DNA of 64,000 bases from Bdellovibrionales bacterium (GTDB taxonomy: Bacteria; Bdellovibrionota; Bdellovibrionia; Bdellovibrionales; JAMPXM01): assembly GCA_016713885.1 (NCBI GenBank), contig JADJOF010000013.1, forward strand, positions 2,223 to 66,222, read 5' to 3'. Below are positions 48,621 through 58,318 of the stretch, one piece after another (position 1 is the stretch's first letter; every line of letters starts with the position of its first letter). The translations under genes were made by a program, and so were the position numbers. Below the pieces are notes generated by a model that had not been told where the DNA came from, ran no database searches, and saw nothing but the letters and a program-made list of their open reading frames with translations.

Positions 48621-50226
48621 TCTTCATATGATTATCTTTATTTTGCTGATGGGTGCTCTGTATGCGGCGTTGTTGTACTGGCTTTTGCCGGTGGCTCCGC
48701 AATCGATGATTTCGGCCGATACGATTAGTCTTGTTTGGGCAAAGACGCCATTTGAGAGCCTTCATCCTGAGCTTATCAATTCGCTTTGGCGGAGTGCGGT
48801 TTCGGTCTGGCGTTCGCTGAGTGGTGAAACGGATGTCGCGCTTCTCTACCCAACGGTTGCAGCACTTCATGCTTGGTTTATCGTGGCAAGCCTGATGCTG
48901 GTTTTGTGGCGAGTGATGAGGGCAGCGGGAGTTCGCGACAAAGGCTTTGCGCTCTTGCTTGCGGGATGTTTGCTGCCGGCGTTTCTTTGGTCGTCGGTCG
49001 TGCCCACCGGATTTGGTTTTGCGATTGCGGCGATGACGGCGGGGTGGTTTCTGCGTTTTGAACGGCAGCCGTCGGCGATTGTCGCGGCTCGTTTTTTTGA
49101 AGGCCTCGCAATTGGTATGAGCATCGCTGGTTTAATTCCTGTTCTCTATCGGGCGGTGATGGGTCGTGCTTCGGGCGATCGCCGCGCTGCCGACAAGACG
49201 CTGATTGCGCTGCTGATTGGCTTTGCATTGGTTGTCGCGCTTTCGGACGGAATTTGGCCGGCGTACTCGGCGATGACGGGCCTTCTACATGAGGACCGGT
49301 TGGGCGCAGGCGTCGTTCTGTTGGGCGGCGGCGGGGAGCTGTGCTTGGCACTGGTTGGTGCAGTCGCTTGGGCACTGATGCTCGCGGCGCAGACGGCTTT
49401 GATTGAAGGGGGTCGCGCCGTTCTTTCGATGGGCGCTGCTGCGACAGGCGCAATTGTGCTGTTCAGCTTGCTCCTGCAGTTTGGTTTGTTTGCGACTCGA
49501 GCGGAGGCCTGGAAGCTCGCTCACCCTGGATGGAGTTCTATTCTTGCCGATGCCGCCCGCAATTTGGAAGACGGTCACGACCAGAAGCTTGAAGCTTACT
49601 TGTCAACGCCGACGGAGTGGTCGCTTTCAAAGTATGTCCAAATGCAACGCGGGGAGAAGGCGAAAGTCACTCCAAGATTTGCGGCGCTAGACGACGCAGC
49701 GGCGCAGAGCTTATTGAAAGAGAAGAAGTCACTGTGGACCGCGCGGCTACCGAGTTTGGATCGCGGTGCGCGCATTGAGTTTCTTGGTTACGGTATTCTG
49801 GTCAGTCCATTGGCTGGTGAGTCGGAGCCGACACAGTTTGGTTTTGGCTTTGCTGGCCTTCGGGGCGTGGTGGTCCGTTCGAATCTGGAATTGAGCGAAG
49901 TGGTTGAGCCGAAGCCGCTGGAGATGGTGGTTTATGAGCGCTACGCGATCATGCACCTGGCGCTCGCACGAAAATATAAGAAACAAATGCAGCCGAGCGA
50001 TTGGGAGCGACGTGCTTACCTTGAGCAGTTCGCGGCGCTTCGAAAAGTACCGTGGACGGAGGAGTCGTATCGTGTGGTCTGCATTGAACACCGTCCTGGC
50101 GAAGAGCCCGAAGATTTTTGTTCGACGGTGAAGCCCTATTACGATCGTCGTGGCGTCGTCGCGGCGGCACAGGCGCCCGTGCCATCGCCAGCTGTCAGCG
50201 CATCTCCGCCGCCCAGTGGAAATTAA
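48580..50226 (+). CDS. polytopic membrane protein with a soluble C-terminal domain, unknown function
   Basis: Intact 548-aa ORF with about 10 predicted TM segments, a 200-aa soluble region and a Pro/Ala/Ser tail. The real start may be an internal Met near 48628. Confidence 0.55.
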   Translation: MIFTLVGLLRLANDLHMIIFILLMGALYAALLYWLLPVAPQSMISADTISLVWAKTPFESLHPELINSLWRSAVSVWRSLSGETDVALLYPTVAALHAWFIVASLMLVLWRVMRAAGVRDKGFALLLAGCLLPAFLWSSVVPTGFGFAIAAMTAGWFLRFERQPSAIVAARFFEGLAIGMSIAGLIPVLYRAVMGRASGDRRAADKTLIALLIGFALVVALSDGIWPAYSAMTGLLHEDRLGAGVVLLGGGGELCLALVGAVAWALMLAAQTALIEGGRAVLSMGAAATGAIVLFSLLLQFGLFATRAEAWKLAHPGWSSILADAARNLEDGHDQKLEAYLSTPTEWSLSKYVQMQRGEKAKVTPRFAALDDAAAQSLLKEKKSLWTARLPSLDRGARIEFLGYGILVSPLAGESEPTQFGFGFAGLRGVVVRSNLELSEVVEPKPLEMVVYERYAIMHLALARKYKKQMQPSDWERRAYLEQFAALRKVPWTEESYRVVCIEHRPGEEPEDFCSTVKPYYDRRGVVAAAQAPVPSPAVSASPPPSGN

Positions 50227-51100
50227 ATGAGTCGCGCGGCGAGTATTCGCCATCTCCACCTTTAAAGAGATGTTGAATTTCGCGTGGGCAAAGGCCCTGG
50301 CCGAGGCCGCCAACAACCGATTCGACAACGAGAACATTGTCGCTCGGATAGGTGTCGACAGATGAGAGAATGAGACTCACCTCGTCGGCTGCCTTTCCGC
50401 TCTGCCGAATTCGCTTCTTCAATGCTTTGTGAAAGTAGCGCTCTGATTGGCAAGAGAGCAGGCCGAGGATCTGTCCCGTTCCTGCGGGAGAGAGGGCCGA
50501 TGTGATAAATGAGAGGTTGTCTCCAAAATAAGAGTTCCAAACGAGTTCGAGATAGCCGCGCTGAGAAAGGAGGTCTGGCCCCGCACCACCGCGCGAGTGA
50601 CTGATCACAAGCGTCGCAGAGTCCTGCTGGGTTGAGCGTTTAAGCTGTTCAATCCACTCTTCTGCGAGTCTTACATTTCGTGGGTCACGCGGGTTGACAC
50701 TCGTTTGCTGTCCCATCGTCGGATTGACGGAATAAAGACGAATAAAGAGTGGGAGAGTTTCACCTTGGACCGTGGCCGCCTTTACGAATTCATGAGACTC
50801 ACGGCCGGATGGTGTAAATCCACAGAACTGTGTCGGATCTATTGTTTTGCATGGGCGTTGGAGACGCGCTTCAAAATATTCGCGCCCCTCGGGGCCTGTA
50901 TCGAATGGATTCACCTCTGAATTTCGATAGCCAAAGAGCACGGCGACGGTGAGCTGTCGAAGGCCGTTGGACTCTGTTCGTACAGGTTTCTGATACACGT
51001 TTTTGCACGAGGTGCGTTCGGCATCGTGCCCGTGCGCTATTGCACTGATACCAATAGCGAACGCGACGGCGATGTTCAGAATTGAAAACCGATGCGTCAC
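50195..51100 (-). CDS. secreted hypothetical protein, weak hydrolase-like SHSRGG motif
   Basis: Signal peptide MTHRFSILNIAVAFAIGISAIAHG. The GTG start overlaps the Fic stop (GTGA). Confidence 0.55.
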   Translation of the reverse strand: MTHRFSILNIAVAFAIGISAIAHGHDAERTSCKNVYQKPVRTESNGLRQLTVAVLFGYRNSEVNPFDTGPEGREYFEARLQRPCKTIDPTQFCGFTPSGRESHEFVKAATVQGETLPLFIRLYSVNPTMGQQTSVNPRDPRNVRLAEEWIEQLKRSTQQDSATLVISHSRGGAGPDLLSQRGYLELVWNSYFGDNLSFITSALSPAGTGQILGLLSCQSERYFHKALKKRIRQSGKAADEVSLILSSVDTYPSDNVLVVESVVGGLGQGLCPREIQHLFKGGDGEYSPRDSFNFHWAAEMR

Positions 51101-52332
51101 ATTGCCCCCGGCGCATAGGCATCTGGACGAGGGGGGGACGTAGAGTCATCTGCGTTTTTGAAAAGCGCTTTGGCGAGTTCGACGGGCGTTAGATAGAAGG
51201 CCATGAATGCTGTCGACTGATCGATAGAGCTGAGCGGCACTTGCATTTTGAGCTGCATATACTGAAGCAAAATTCGCGATGTGCGACCGTTGCCATCGAG
51301 AAACGGATGAGTTGCCAAAAACTCCGTGTAAATTGCGGCCACCTCTGCTGGGGGAGTGCCTGGGTGAATGGCATTGATACGGTCCAATAGCTTTTGCATG
51401 TTCGATCGAACCTTGTGTGCTGCCGTATAAGACACGACGATCTGGTCGCCCATGCGCACGCTGGTTTGACTCATGTCGATGAGCACGGAGCCGGTCGCTG
51501 TGTGAACCAGTCGTGGCGGTGAGCCGCGCAACATCCCTAACGCAAGATCTCCAACAGCGTGGAGAAGAGCACCACGCGCCACGAGAGCGTGAAGTTCCTC
51601 GAGATGTCTGATTGTCAGCGGCTGTTTTCTTTCAAGAAGAGTGATGATGTAGTCTGCCCCGCTTTTAAGACTTTGCTCGGCGACTTTTGACTGTTCACTC
51701 GGGATGCGATTGTTGCCGACGATCGTGCGGGAGGCACCGCGTGTATTGTGTACGATCATTCGCGCTAGATTTTCTCGAGAGGTGGGGCCATGGCTCGCAA
51801 GATGAGATGGGGCGGGGTTGTGGCGTGGAACATACGGAGCGCTAGTCCAATTTGCGTGTTGGGGTTCGGCGATTCCGGTCCAAACTACGCTTTCATTCTC
51901 GATACTGATCTGAAAAAAACGACTGCGCGCGCCGAAGCCGCGCATCTCGACGATTCCGTTTTGAGCTTTTCGGAACAGCATGAATCCGGGGAGCTCGGGC
52001 GAAATATGGTAGCGCTGTCCTTGGCTTAGCGGAGGCCTGTCGGAACTGACATAGCGTCGCCCGATTGTGACCACTTGCTGCTCGTAGTTTGCGAAATTTT
52101 CTGGTGTCACAGGAAGCAGTTCCGATGCTGTGATGACGATGGTTTCAAGGGCGCGATTCTCATTTTGAAAGAGGGCGGAGCAGGTGCGGTTAGAGGCTTG
52201 TGCGGCCTGCGGCGCTGCGGAGATCGCGGCGACCACGATTGCGAGCGCGAACGAACGGGTGAGGGTGATGAGGCTCTGTGTGGGCCTTTGCATATACGTC
52301 ATATGACTGCAATGCCTATACCTTTTGACCAT
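51097..52332 (-). CDS. Fic family protein with signal peptide
   Basis: Canonical HPFLDGNGRTSR motif. N-terminal LTRSFALAIVVAAISAAPQAAQA. About 190 aa of unknown N-terminal domain. Confidence 0.85.
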   Translation of the reverse strand: MVKRYRHCSHMTYMQRPTQSLITLTRSFALAIVVAAISAAPQAAQASNRTCSALFQNENRALETIVITASELLPVTPENFANYEQQVVTIGRRYVSSDRPPLSQGQRYHISPELPGFMLFRKAQNGIVEMRGFGARSRFFQISIENESVVWTGIAEPQHANWTSAPYVPRHNPAPSHLASHGPTSRENLARMIVHNTRGASRTIVGNNRIPSEQSKVAEQSLKSGADYIITLLERKQPLTIRHLEELHALVARGALLHAVGDLALGMLRGSPPRLVHTATGSVLIDMSQTSVRMGDQIVVSYTAAHKVRSNMQKLLDRINAIHPGTPPAEVAAIYTEFLATHPFLDGNGRTSRILLQYMQLKMQVPLSSIDQSTAFMAFYLTPVELAKALFKNADDSTSPPRPDAYAPGAM

Positions 52333-52388
52333 AGGGCCATGGTGCAGGCATCGCGTTTACGATGTCGACTCCGACAGGGAGCGCCGGT

Positions 52389-53312
52389 TTAAGGCACTGG
52401 CTGTCGAGGAGTTAGACGGAGGAGGTCATAGAGACTGACCAGCGCAGGAGCGGCGGAGCCGCGATCCTGGAATGCAAAAAACCGCTTGAGGTCGTCGAGG
52501 GCGCCGGCGTTATCGCCGAGGCGATGGCGAAGCATCGCGCGGTCGGCAAAAAGGCGAATCAAGCTTGGGCGAAGCGCGATCAATTGATCGAGTAGGAGAA
52601 CTTGCGCACGTAAACCCGCGCTTTCGGGCCAACGCGTGGATGGCTTTTCCAGCGCAGCACGGAGCTCTAGCATCAGGCGAATCCAAACATCCGATACGCT
52701 CAAGCGCTCCAGGGCCGTTTTTCCATGGCACCAGTCGATCCAGTCTGAGGATTCAAGTTTTTGGCCATTCTTCTCTGCAGAAATATACTCGGCCCGTTCG
52801 TCAGGAGCGTCGTTCGATGTATCACTGAAGCGCAGTCGAACGATGTGAGCCGGCGCGTTTTTCACAAACTCGACACTCAGTTTGGTGTGGCTCTCGCTGG
52901 ATGTTTTCGAAACCGTCTCGGTGGCCCACGCAAAAAGGATGGTGAGCGCTGAGCCGGCGCCTTCATGTCGACTGAGAACTGTGTCGAGAAGACTGCCGTC
53001 GGGCTCGCCACTGCCTTTGGGGGCTGGTCGAAAGCCGAGGTCAGTGAAGAACGCCCGAATATGATTGTCGACGGAGAGCGGCTGAACTCTGGCTTCAAGA
53101 TCCCATCCTAAAAAGGCGAGACGTTTCTCGAGTGCTTCGCGATCGATGGACGGTGATCCTGGCGAATTTCGGAGAGTATTGCGAATGGCGACGGTGAGCC
53201 CGATCCACTCCTTCATGAGTGTGGACCAAGGGGCCGAGGCGGCAGCATGATCCCATGCAGCAGCGAGTGTTCCTGAACGTCCAGTGAGAAACTTCTCAAA
53301 CGAGTGCGGCAT
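52389..53312 (-). CDS. SirB1-like (transglutaminase-like N-terminus plus TPR) protein
   Basis: LLDTVLSRHEGAGSALTILFAWATE, and a TPR-like tail LLDQLIALRPSLIRLFADRAMLRHRLGDNAGALDDLKRFF. Confidence 0.55.
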   Translation of the reverse strand: MPHSFEKFLTGRSGTLAAAWDHAAASAPWSTLMKEWIGLTVAIRNTLRNSPGSPSIDREALEKRLAFLGWDLEARVQPLSVDNHIRAFFTDLGFRPAPKGSGEPDGSLLDTVLSRHEGAGSALTILFAWATETVSKTSSESHTKLSVEFVKNAPAHIVRLRFSDTSNDAPDERAEYISAEKNGQKLESSDWIDWCHGKTALERLSVSDVWIRLMLELRAALEKPSTRWPESAGLRAQVLLLDQLIALRPSLIRLFADRAMLRHRLGDNAGALDDLKRFFAFQDRGSAAPALVSLYDLLRLTPRQPVP

Positions 53313-53402
53313 CCAGGGATGGGCTACCGAACACCCGCTCTGAAGGCGAGCTTTGACGCCCTAAGTTGACCTTGCAAACTTGCCCATTGAGACTGGGAAG
53401 AC

Positions 53403-54326
53403 GTGAGCAAGAAAAACGACGCTGAGCGCATGAGAGAGCTTGAGGAGCGAGTCCGCGAATTGGAGGCCGAGGTCTCCGCGCGCGAGTCGGATTTAAGCGT
53501 ATTTCGTCAGCAGCTTTTGCACGCGAATCAATCACTTGAAGCCCTGATTGAGAAGCTCAGCGCGGATTTGCGGACGGCGACCCGAATTCAGAAGACGCTG
53601 GTACCGACGGAGTTTCCAAATATTCCTGGCTTTGAGTTCTCCACAAAATTTGTCGCAAGCCCGATTTCGGGCGGCGACTACTTTGACGTTTTCGAACACG
53701 ACGACCGAATGAAATTTGGGTTGGTCATGGCGAGTGCGAATGGCTACGGATTGTCGGCTTTGCTCTTGAGCGTTTTGCTCCGTATGACCGGTCAGGACGA
53801 GGCGCGTCGAGGGCTTCCGCCGAATCGGGTGATTCAGTATTTGGCAGAGGAGCTCGAGCCGAGTCTTGGAGAGGGGCCTCGTGGTCCGGATCAGGCCTCG
53901 CTTATCTACGGAATTGTGGATCGTCGGACGATGGAACTTTCGTTTTCGGCCATGGGACCTGTCTACGGTGGTTTGTATCGTCCGACCACTGGCAAAATGG
54001 ATCGAATCCAGAGTGAAGACTCTCCCATTGAAAAGGGAAGCTATACAAAGCTCCCGAAGCTTCAACACTTGCAGTTGGAAGCAAAAGACCGTCTGGTCCT
54101 GGTCAGTCCGGGCGCAGTGATGGTGCAGAATGCCGCCGACGAAAAGTTTGGCGAAGAGCGTTTAATGCGGGCCATTTTGACGGCGCCGAAAGATTCAGTC
54201 CATGACTGGCGCAATGAAATTCTGTTTCGTATCGAGCAGTTTGCTGGCGAAAGAGACATTCCGCGCGATGTGACTGTTATGGTTTTGGAAGTGAAAGATC
54301 GCGTCATTCGTCTAGCTCCGCGCTAG
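53403..54326 (+). CDS. SpoIIE/PP2C-family phosphatase with N-terminal coiled coil
   Basis: IQKTLVPTEFPNIPGFEFSTKFVASPISGGDYFDVF. Confidence 0.8.
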   Translation: MSKKNDAERMRELEERVRELEAEVSARESDLSVFRQQLLHANQSLEALIEKLSADLRTATRIQKTLVPTEFPNIPGFEFSTKFVASPISGGDYFDVFEHDDRMKFGLVMASANGYGLSALLLSVLLRMTGQDEARRGLPPNRVIQYLAEELEPSLGEGPRGPDQASLIYGIVDRRTMELSFSAMGPVYGGLYRPTTGKMDRIQSEDSPIEKGSYTKLPKLQHLQLEAKDRLVLVSPGAVMVQNAADEKFGEERLMRAILTAPKDSVHDWRNEILFRIEQFAGERDIPRDVTVMVLEVKDRVIRLAPR

Positions 54327-54446
54327 TGCGGCGCGGAAACGGTGAGGATATCGATAATTGTTAAAAATTGAACCAGCCCGGGCTGCCTTTGTCGGTTGCA
54401 GCAGTGTAGAGTGGAAGGGTTGGCATTTCGAGCGAAAGGATCTTGT

Positions 54447-55574
54447 ATGGCAGCTCAAGTTGAAATTTATGAAGGCGCGTTGGATCGCGGTCTTGAAGGC
54501 GTCGTCGCCTGCTCAACCGGTATTTCTTCAATTCAAGATGCGACTCTGAGTTATCGCGGATACACCATCGAGGATCTCGCAGCGAAGTCGACTTTCGAGG
54601 AAGTTGTATTCTTGTTGTGGAACGATCGTCTGCCGACCGCAGATGAACTGACGGCTTTGAAAAAAGAGCTCGGCGCGCAGATGACTCTCGATCCTGAGTT
54701 CGTGAAGGCGCTGAAAACTCTGCCGACGAATGTGCACCCAATGGCGTGGTTGCGAACGGCGACGTCGTTGCTCGCGCACTTCGATAAAGAAGCGCAAGAT
54801 ATGTCGGAAGAGGCGAATCATCGCAAAGCTGTTCGTTTGACTGCGAAAATGACGACACTGGTGACAGCGTTTGACCGCATTCGCAATGGCAAAGAGCTTA
54901 TCGCTCCAAAGGCGGACAAGTCGGTTGCCTACAACTTCTTCTGGACGCTCACTGGCAAAGAACCCGATGCCGAGATCGTAAAAGACTTTGATACTTGCCT
55001 CGTTCTTCACGCCGATCATGAGTTGAACTGCTCAGCTTTCGCTGCGCGTGTCACGGCCTCGTCACTTTCGGATATGCACTCGGCGGTTGTGTCGGCGATC
55101 TCGGCTCTGAAGGGGCCATTGCACGGTGGAGCAAACGAGCAAGTGATTCGCATGCTCCAATCCATCGGTTCAATCGAGAGCTGCAAGACGTGGATCGCTC
55201 GCGCCCTCGACAACAAAGAGAAAGTCATGGGCATTGGTCACCGCGTTTATAAAAACGGCGATCCCCGTGCGAAGGTTCTGCGTGCGATGAGCGAGCGCCT
55301 GACCAAGAAAATTGGCGAAGCGCACTGGTACACAATGTCGACAATGATCGACGACATCATGCGCGAGAAGAAAGACCTTCTGCCGAACGTCGACTTCTAC
55401 TCAGCGACTGTTTACTACTCGATGGGGATTCCCACAGACTTGTTCACGCCGATCTTTGCGGCGTCGCGTGTGTCGGGATGGCTCGCGCACATGCTGGAGC
55501 AGTGGAAGAACAACCGCATCTACCGTCCGCGCGGTAAGTGGGTTGGCAAGTCGATGCAGAAGTTGAACCGCTAG
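54447..55574 (+). CDS. gltA: citrate synthase
   Basis: LVLHADHELNCSAF and GIGHRVYKNGDPRA motifs. AGGA SD before ATG 54447. Confidence 0.9.
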   Translation: MAAQVEIYEGALDRGLEGVVACSTGISSIQDATLSYRGYTIEDLAAKSTFEEVVFLLWNDRLPTADELTALKKELGAQMTLDPEFVKALKTLPTNVHPMAWLRTATSLLAHFDKEAQDMSEEANHRKAVRLTAKMTTLVTAFDRIRNGKELIAPKADKSVAYNFFWTLTGKEPDAEIVKDFDTCLVLHADHELNCSAFAARVTASSLSDMHSAVVSAISALKGPLHGGANEQVIRMLQSIGSIESCKTWIARALDNKEKVMGIGHRVYKNGDPRAKVLRAMSERLTKKIGEAHWYTMSTMIDDIMREKKDLLPNVDFYSATVYYSMGIPTDLFTPIFAASRVSGWLAHMLEQWKNNRIYRPRGKWVGKSMQKLNR

Positions 55575-55596
55575 TTCACTCTGCGAGTGAGATGTG

Positions 55597-55628
55597 AAAG
55601 AGACCCTGGGAGGGGTCTCTTTTTTTTG
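55597..55628 (+). terminator. rho-independent terminator of the citrate synthase gene
   Basis: AGAGACCC-tgggag-GGGTCTCT stem followed by T8. Confidence 0.85.
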
Positions 55629-55699
55629 TACCTTGGACGTCCAGAAAGCGGTGCGTCATTGTGATCGAGGGGGTTCCGGCCGGACAGAATGGACCGCTC

Positions 55700-57037
55700 T
55701 TACTGGCAGTTTGGCAGTGTCGCGAATTTGTCTGACCCCAACAGGCGATGCAGAACGATTCGGTTTAACGCCAGCTGGGTTTTGGCGCTGAGAGATTCGA
55801 GCACGGCATTGCGATACTGTGAGCGGCTGGTGAGTACGGTTTGTAGGTCGACGAGTCCGTACTGGTAACGGACGACATCGCGATCGTATGCGGACTTCAT
55901 CAGCTCCGCAGCTTCAACGGCGTATTGATAACGGTCTTTCGCTTCTTTCACCAGGGCGAAGGCGTACTCGCTCTGCTCACCGATCTCAGATTTAAGTTCG
56001 CCGATGCGAATTTTGACTTCTTTGATTCGATCTTCGGAGAGCTTGATCGTTGGAACTTGGGCGTAGCCAATATTGAAATTCATCCCGATATTGACGTTAT
56101 CAAAGGCAATGCTTGAACCGGCACCGGCCGGAGAGCGCACACCGGAACCCTGAATAAATGCGAAGTACTGGCTCCAGGAGTTTCTTTCCGCGGCCTTTTT
56201 GAGCATCAGCAGCTGCTCCATCTCGGGCGAAATTTTGAGTGCGGCCTCTTGGATTTCCGACGGCGATCGCTGCTCAAACTCAGAGGGGTCGATCTCCATC
56301 GGATTGATGGTCAGTGATGTGGTGAGCGGTAATGCGAGCAGATGGCGGAGTGATGCGATCTCTTTATTGACCAGGCCGTCGATTTTCGAAAAGCCGATCT
56401 TTGCAAATTGCCATGTGCCTCGGGCGCGATCGAGATCAGATTTTGAGGCAAGGCCTGACTCATAGAGATCTTGGACGGTCTCGGCCACTTTGCCGAGGTC
56501 GGTGATCTCGTCTTGGTAGACCGCAAGCAGGTTTCGATCTGAAAGAATCGATGAGTAGACAGAGAGTGCCGACGCCAGCGTGTTGAGCTGAATTGTCTGC
56601 GTGGCCTTCAGTTGGGCTTTGTAGAGATACTTGGACTCTTTGAGTTTAATCCAGTTTCCAGGCACCAAAAACGGAAACAAAACTTCGACGGCGCTGACGG
56701 TAAACGTCGATGACATCGAGGAGTAGAGAAGTGTTGAGAGGTTGAGCGACGGGAGAAGTGAGGCGCGCGCAATATTCAACTCATCTTTGGACTGATGCAC
56801 GCGATTGATCCCGAGCAAGATCGATGAGTTCTTATTGAAAAGCTGTTCAGCCATGGTCTCGGGGGTCAGGTCAAATTGGCTGCCGTTGAATGGTTCTGCA
56901 CCTTTTGAACAGGCGGCGTCGTAGGTGACTTTCTCAGCATCCTCAGTCCGGCAGGCCGAAAGGGAAAAGCTGGTCGCGATGGCGACGAAAAGTGCGAGCG
57001 TTTGGTTTCTCATTGGCAGTGGCCTTTCAATTCGCAA
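55700..57037 (-). CDS. TolC-family outer-membrane efflux protein
   Basis: 445 aa with a lipobox-like LSAC and a two-repeat coiled/beta profile typical of OEP family members. Confidence 0.8.
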   Translation of the reverse strand: MRIERPLPMRNQTLALFVAIATSFSLSACRTEDAEKVTYDAACSKGAEPFNGSQFDLTPETMAEQLFNKNSSILLGINRVHQSKDELNIARASLLPSLNLSTLLYSSMSSTFTVSAVEVLFPFLVPGNWIKLKESKYLYKAQLKATQTIQLNTLASALSVYSSILSDRNLLAVYQDEITDLGKVAETVQDLYESGLASKSDLDRARGTWQFAKIGFSKIDGLVNKEIASLRHLLALPLTTSLTINPMEIDPSEFEQRSPSEIQEAALKISPEMEQLLMLKKAAERNSWSQYFAFIQGSGVRSPAGAGSSIAFDNVNIGMNFNIGYAQVPTIKLSEDRIKEVKIRIGELKSEIGEQSEYAFALVKEAKDRYQYAVEAAELMKSAYDRDVVRYQYGLVDLQTVLTSRSQYRNAVLESLSAKTQLALNRIVLHRLLGSDKFATLPNCQ

Positions 57038-57566
57038 CCGAGTTGATTTTGCGGAGTTCGAGTTGCCCCAAGTCGCCGCGAGTTGAGTTTGACAGCCGAC
57101 CGCGAATCACATCACCGGCAAAAGTGCCGTCGAAGGTGTTGAGAATCGCGCCGACGAGTGTGCGTGTATTCATCGTTCCGCTTAATTGTAAGCGACCCGT
57201 TTCAGGAGCGTAGCCTGCGCTTGAAAATTCAGCGATCGGAATGACATCAGAGGCATTTGTCTCGCTGAAAACGATGCTCACGCTTCCGCTCAGCGTGGGG
57301 ATTTCAACGTCATCGCTCCTCCTCTGGGTGGGGATGAGCGTCATTGTCACCTTTTGAACGAGTGAGCCATCGGCTGAAACAAGAGTGCCCTCGTATTGTC
57401 CGCCTAGTGGCAGAAACAGATCGGGCTGAATGGTGGGTTGTGTCGAGCGCTCTTTTTGACGTGGTTGCGGAGCCTGAGTTTCTTGTGAGTCCGGATTTTT
57501 GCTGCAGGCTAAGGCAACGTTTAAAAGCAATGTCGCAAATATGATTGATGAGAGAGGGCGGATCAT
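57027..57566 (-). CDS. lipoprotein, hypothetical, overlapping the TolC-like gene by 11 nt
   Basis: MIRPLSSIIFATLLLNVALAC lipobox. Confidence 0.55.
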   Translation of the reverse strand: MIRPLSSIIFATLLLNVALACSKNPDSQETQAPQPRQKERSTQPTIQPDLFLPLGGQYEGTLVSADGSLVQKVTMTLIPTQRRSDDVEIPTLSGSVSIVFSETNASDVIPIAEFSSAGYAPETGRLQLSGTMNTRTLVGAILNTFDGTFAGDVIRGRLSNSTRGDLGQLELRKINSVAN

Positions 57567-57817
57567 TGTGCGATTCCTTCTTCGTAGCAGACCGGGTTAA
57601 CACTGATGCGTGAGGTTGTTTATCAGTTTTGGTGAAAGGGAGACCCATGAGGTTCTCGATGGGCTTGAGACTGAAAAAAGGACAGGGTCTGTATTGAAAA
57701 TACAGTCGCGAGCTTACAGCCAGTCGATGCTGGTGTCATTGGGGGACCCGATTTGTTGGCATGCTTTTCGAACGCTCGACGGAGCGATCGTCATTCAACC
57801 TCAATCCCAACGTGGAG

Positions 57818-58138
57818 ATGAAATTTATGAAGTCTATTTTAGGTCTTGCTGCAGCCGTTCTGTTTGTCGGTTCGTCGGCCTTGGCTTGTATGTCAGAAAT
57901 CGAAACAAGCTCTGTTATTAAGCCAGTTCGAGTTTTCAACGAGAATACTGTTCATCAGGTATACGTCGGCGATCTTATCGATGTCTCTTCTATTGCAGAA
58001 CCTCATGTTGGGTTGCTCACTGAGATTGAAGGAACGAGTTATATGCGAGTGGATTCAAACGGATTGTTTCAACTCGACGTCAACGGCAAGACGATGCTGT
58101 TTGAGTCTAGCGATCGTCCGGTGGCTCGCTGTCGCTAA
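57818..58138 (+). CDS. small secreted hypothetical protein
   Basis: Signal peptide MKSILGLAAAVLFVGSSALA. ATG 57827 has better SD spacing than ATG 57818. Confidence 0.5.
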   Translation: MKFMKSILGLAAAVLFVGSSALACMSEIETSSVIKPVRVFNENTVHQVYVGDLIDVSSIAEPHVGLLTEIEGTSYMRVDSNGLFQLDVNGKTMLFESSDRPVARCR

Positions 58139-58180
58139 CTGTCAGCCAATCAGTCAGATTTGCCGAAATTTTATTTCACG

Positions 58181-58207
58181 AAAAGGAGCCTGATGGGCTC
58201 CTTTTTT
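58181..58207 (+). terminator. rho-independent terminator
   Basis: AAAAGGAGCC-tgatg-GGCTCCTTTT stem running into a T6 tract. Confidence 0.8.
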
Positions 58208-58318
58208 ATTCCGACTCAAATTGAGACACGGGCTTAGGCCAGAAGCCGCCACCGTCGATAGGCAGAATAAGAGAAGCACTGCGATTTGCATCTTTGTATT
58301 GGCTTGAAGGAGAGACGT

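Noticed and set aside
57567-57817. 250-nt intergenic leader with small palindromes (CTGTATT-gaa-AATACAG, CCCAT..ATGGG) as a possible riboswitch or sRNA.
   Set aside because: I could not match it to any riboswitch consensus I know, including c-di-GMP classes. It needs a covariance-model scan before any claim.
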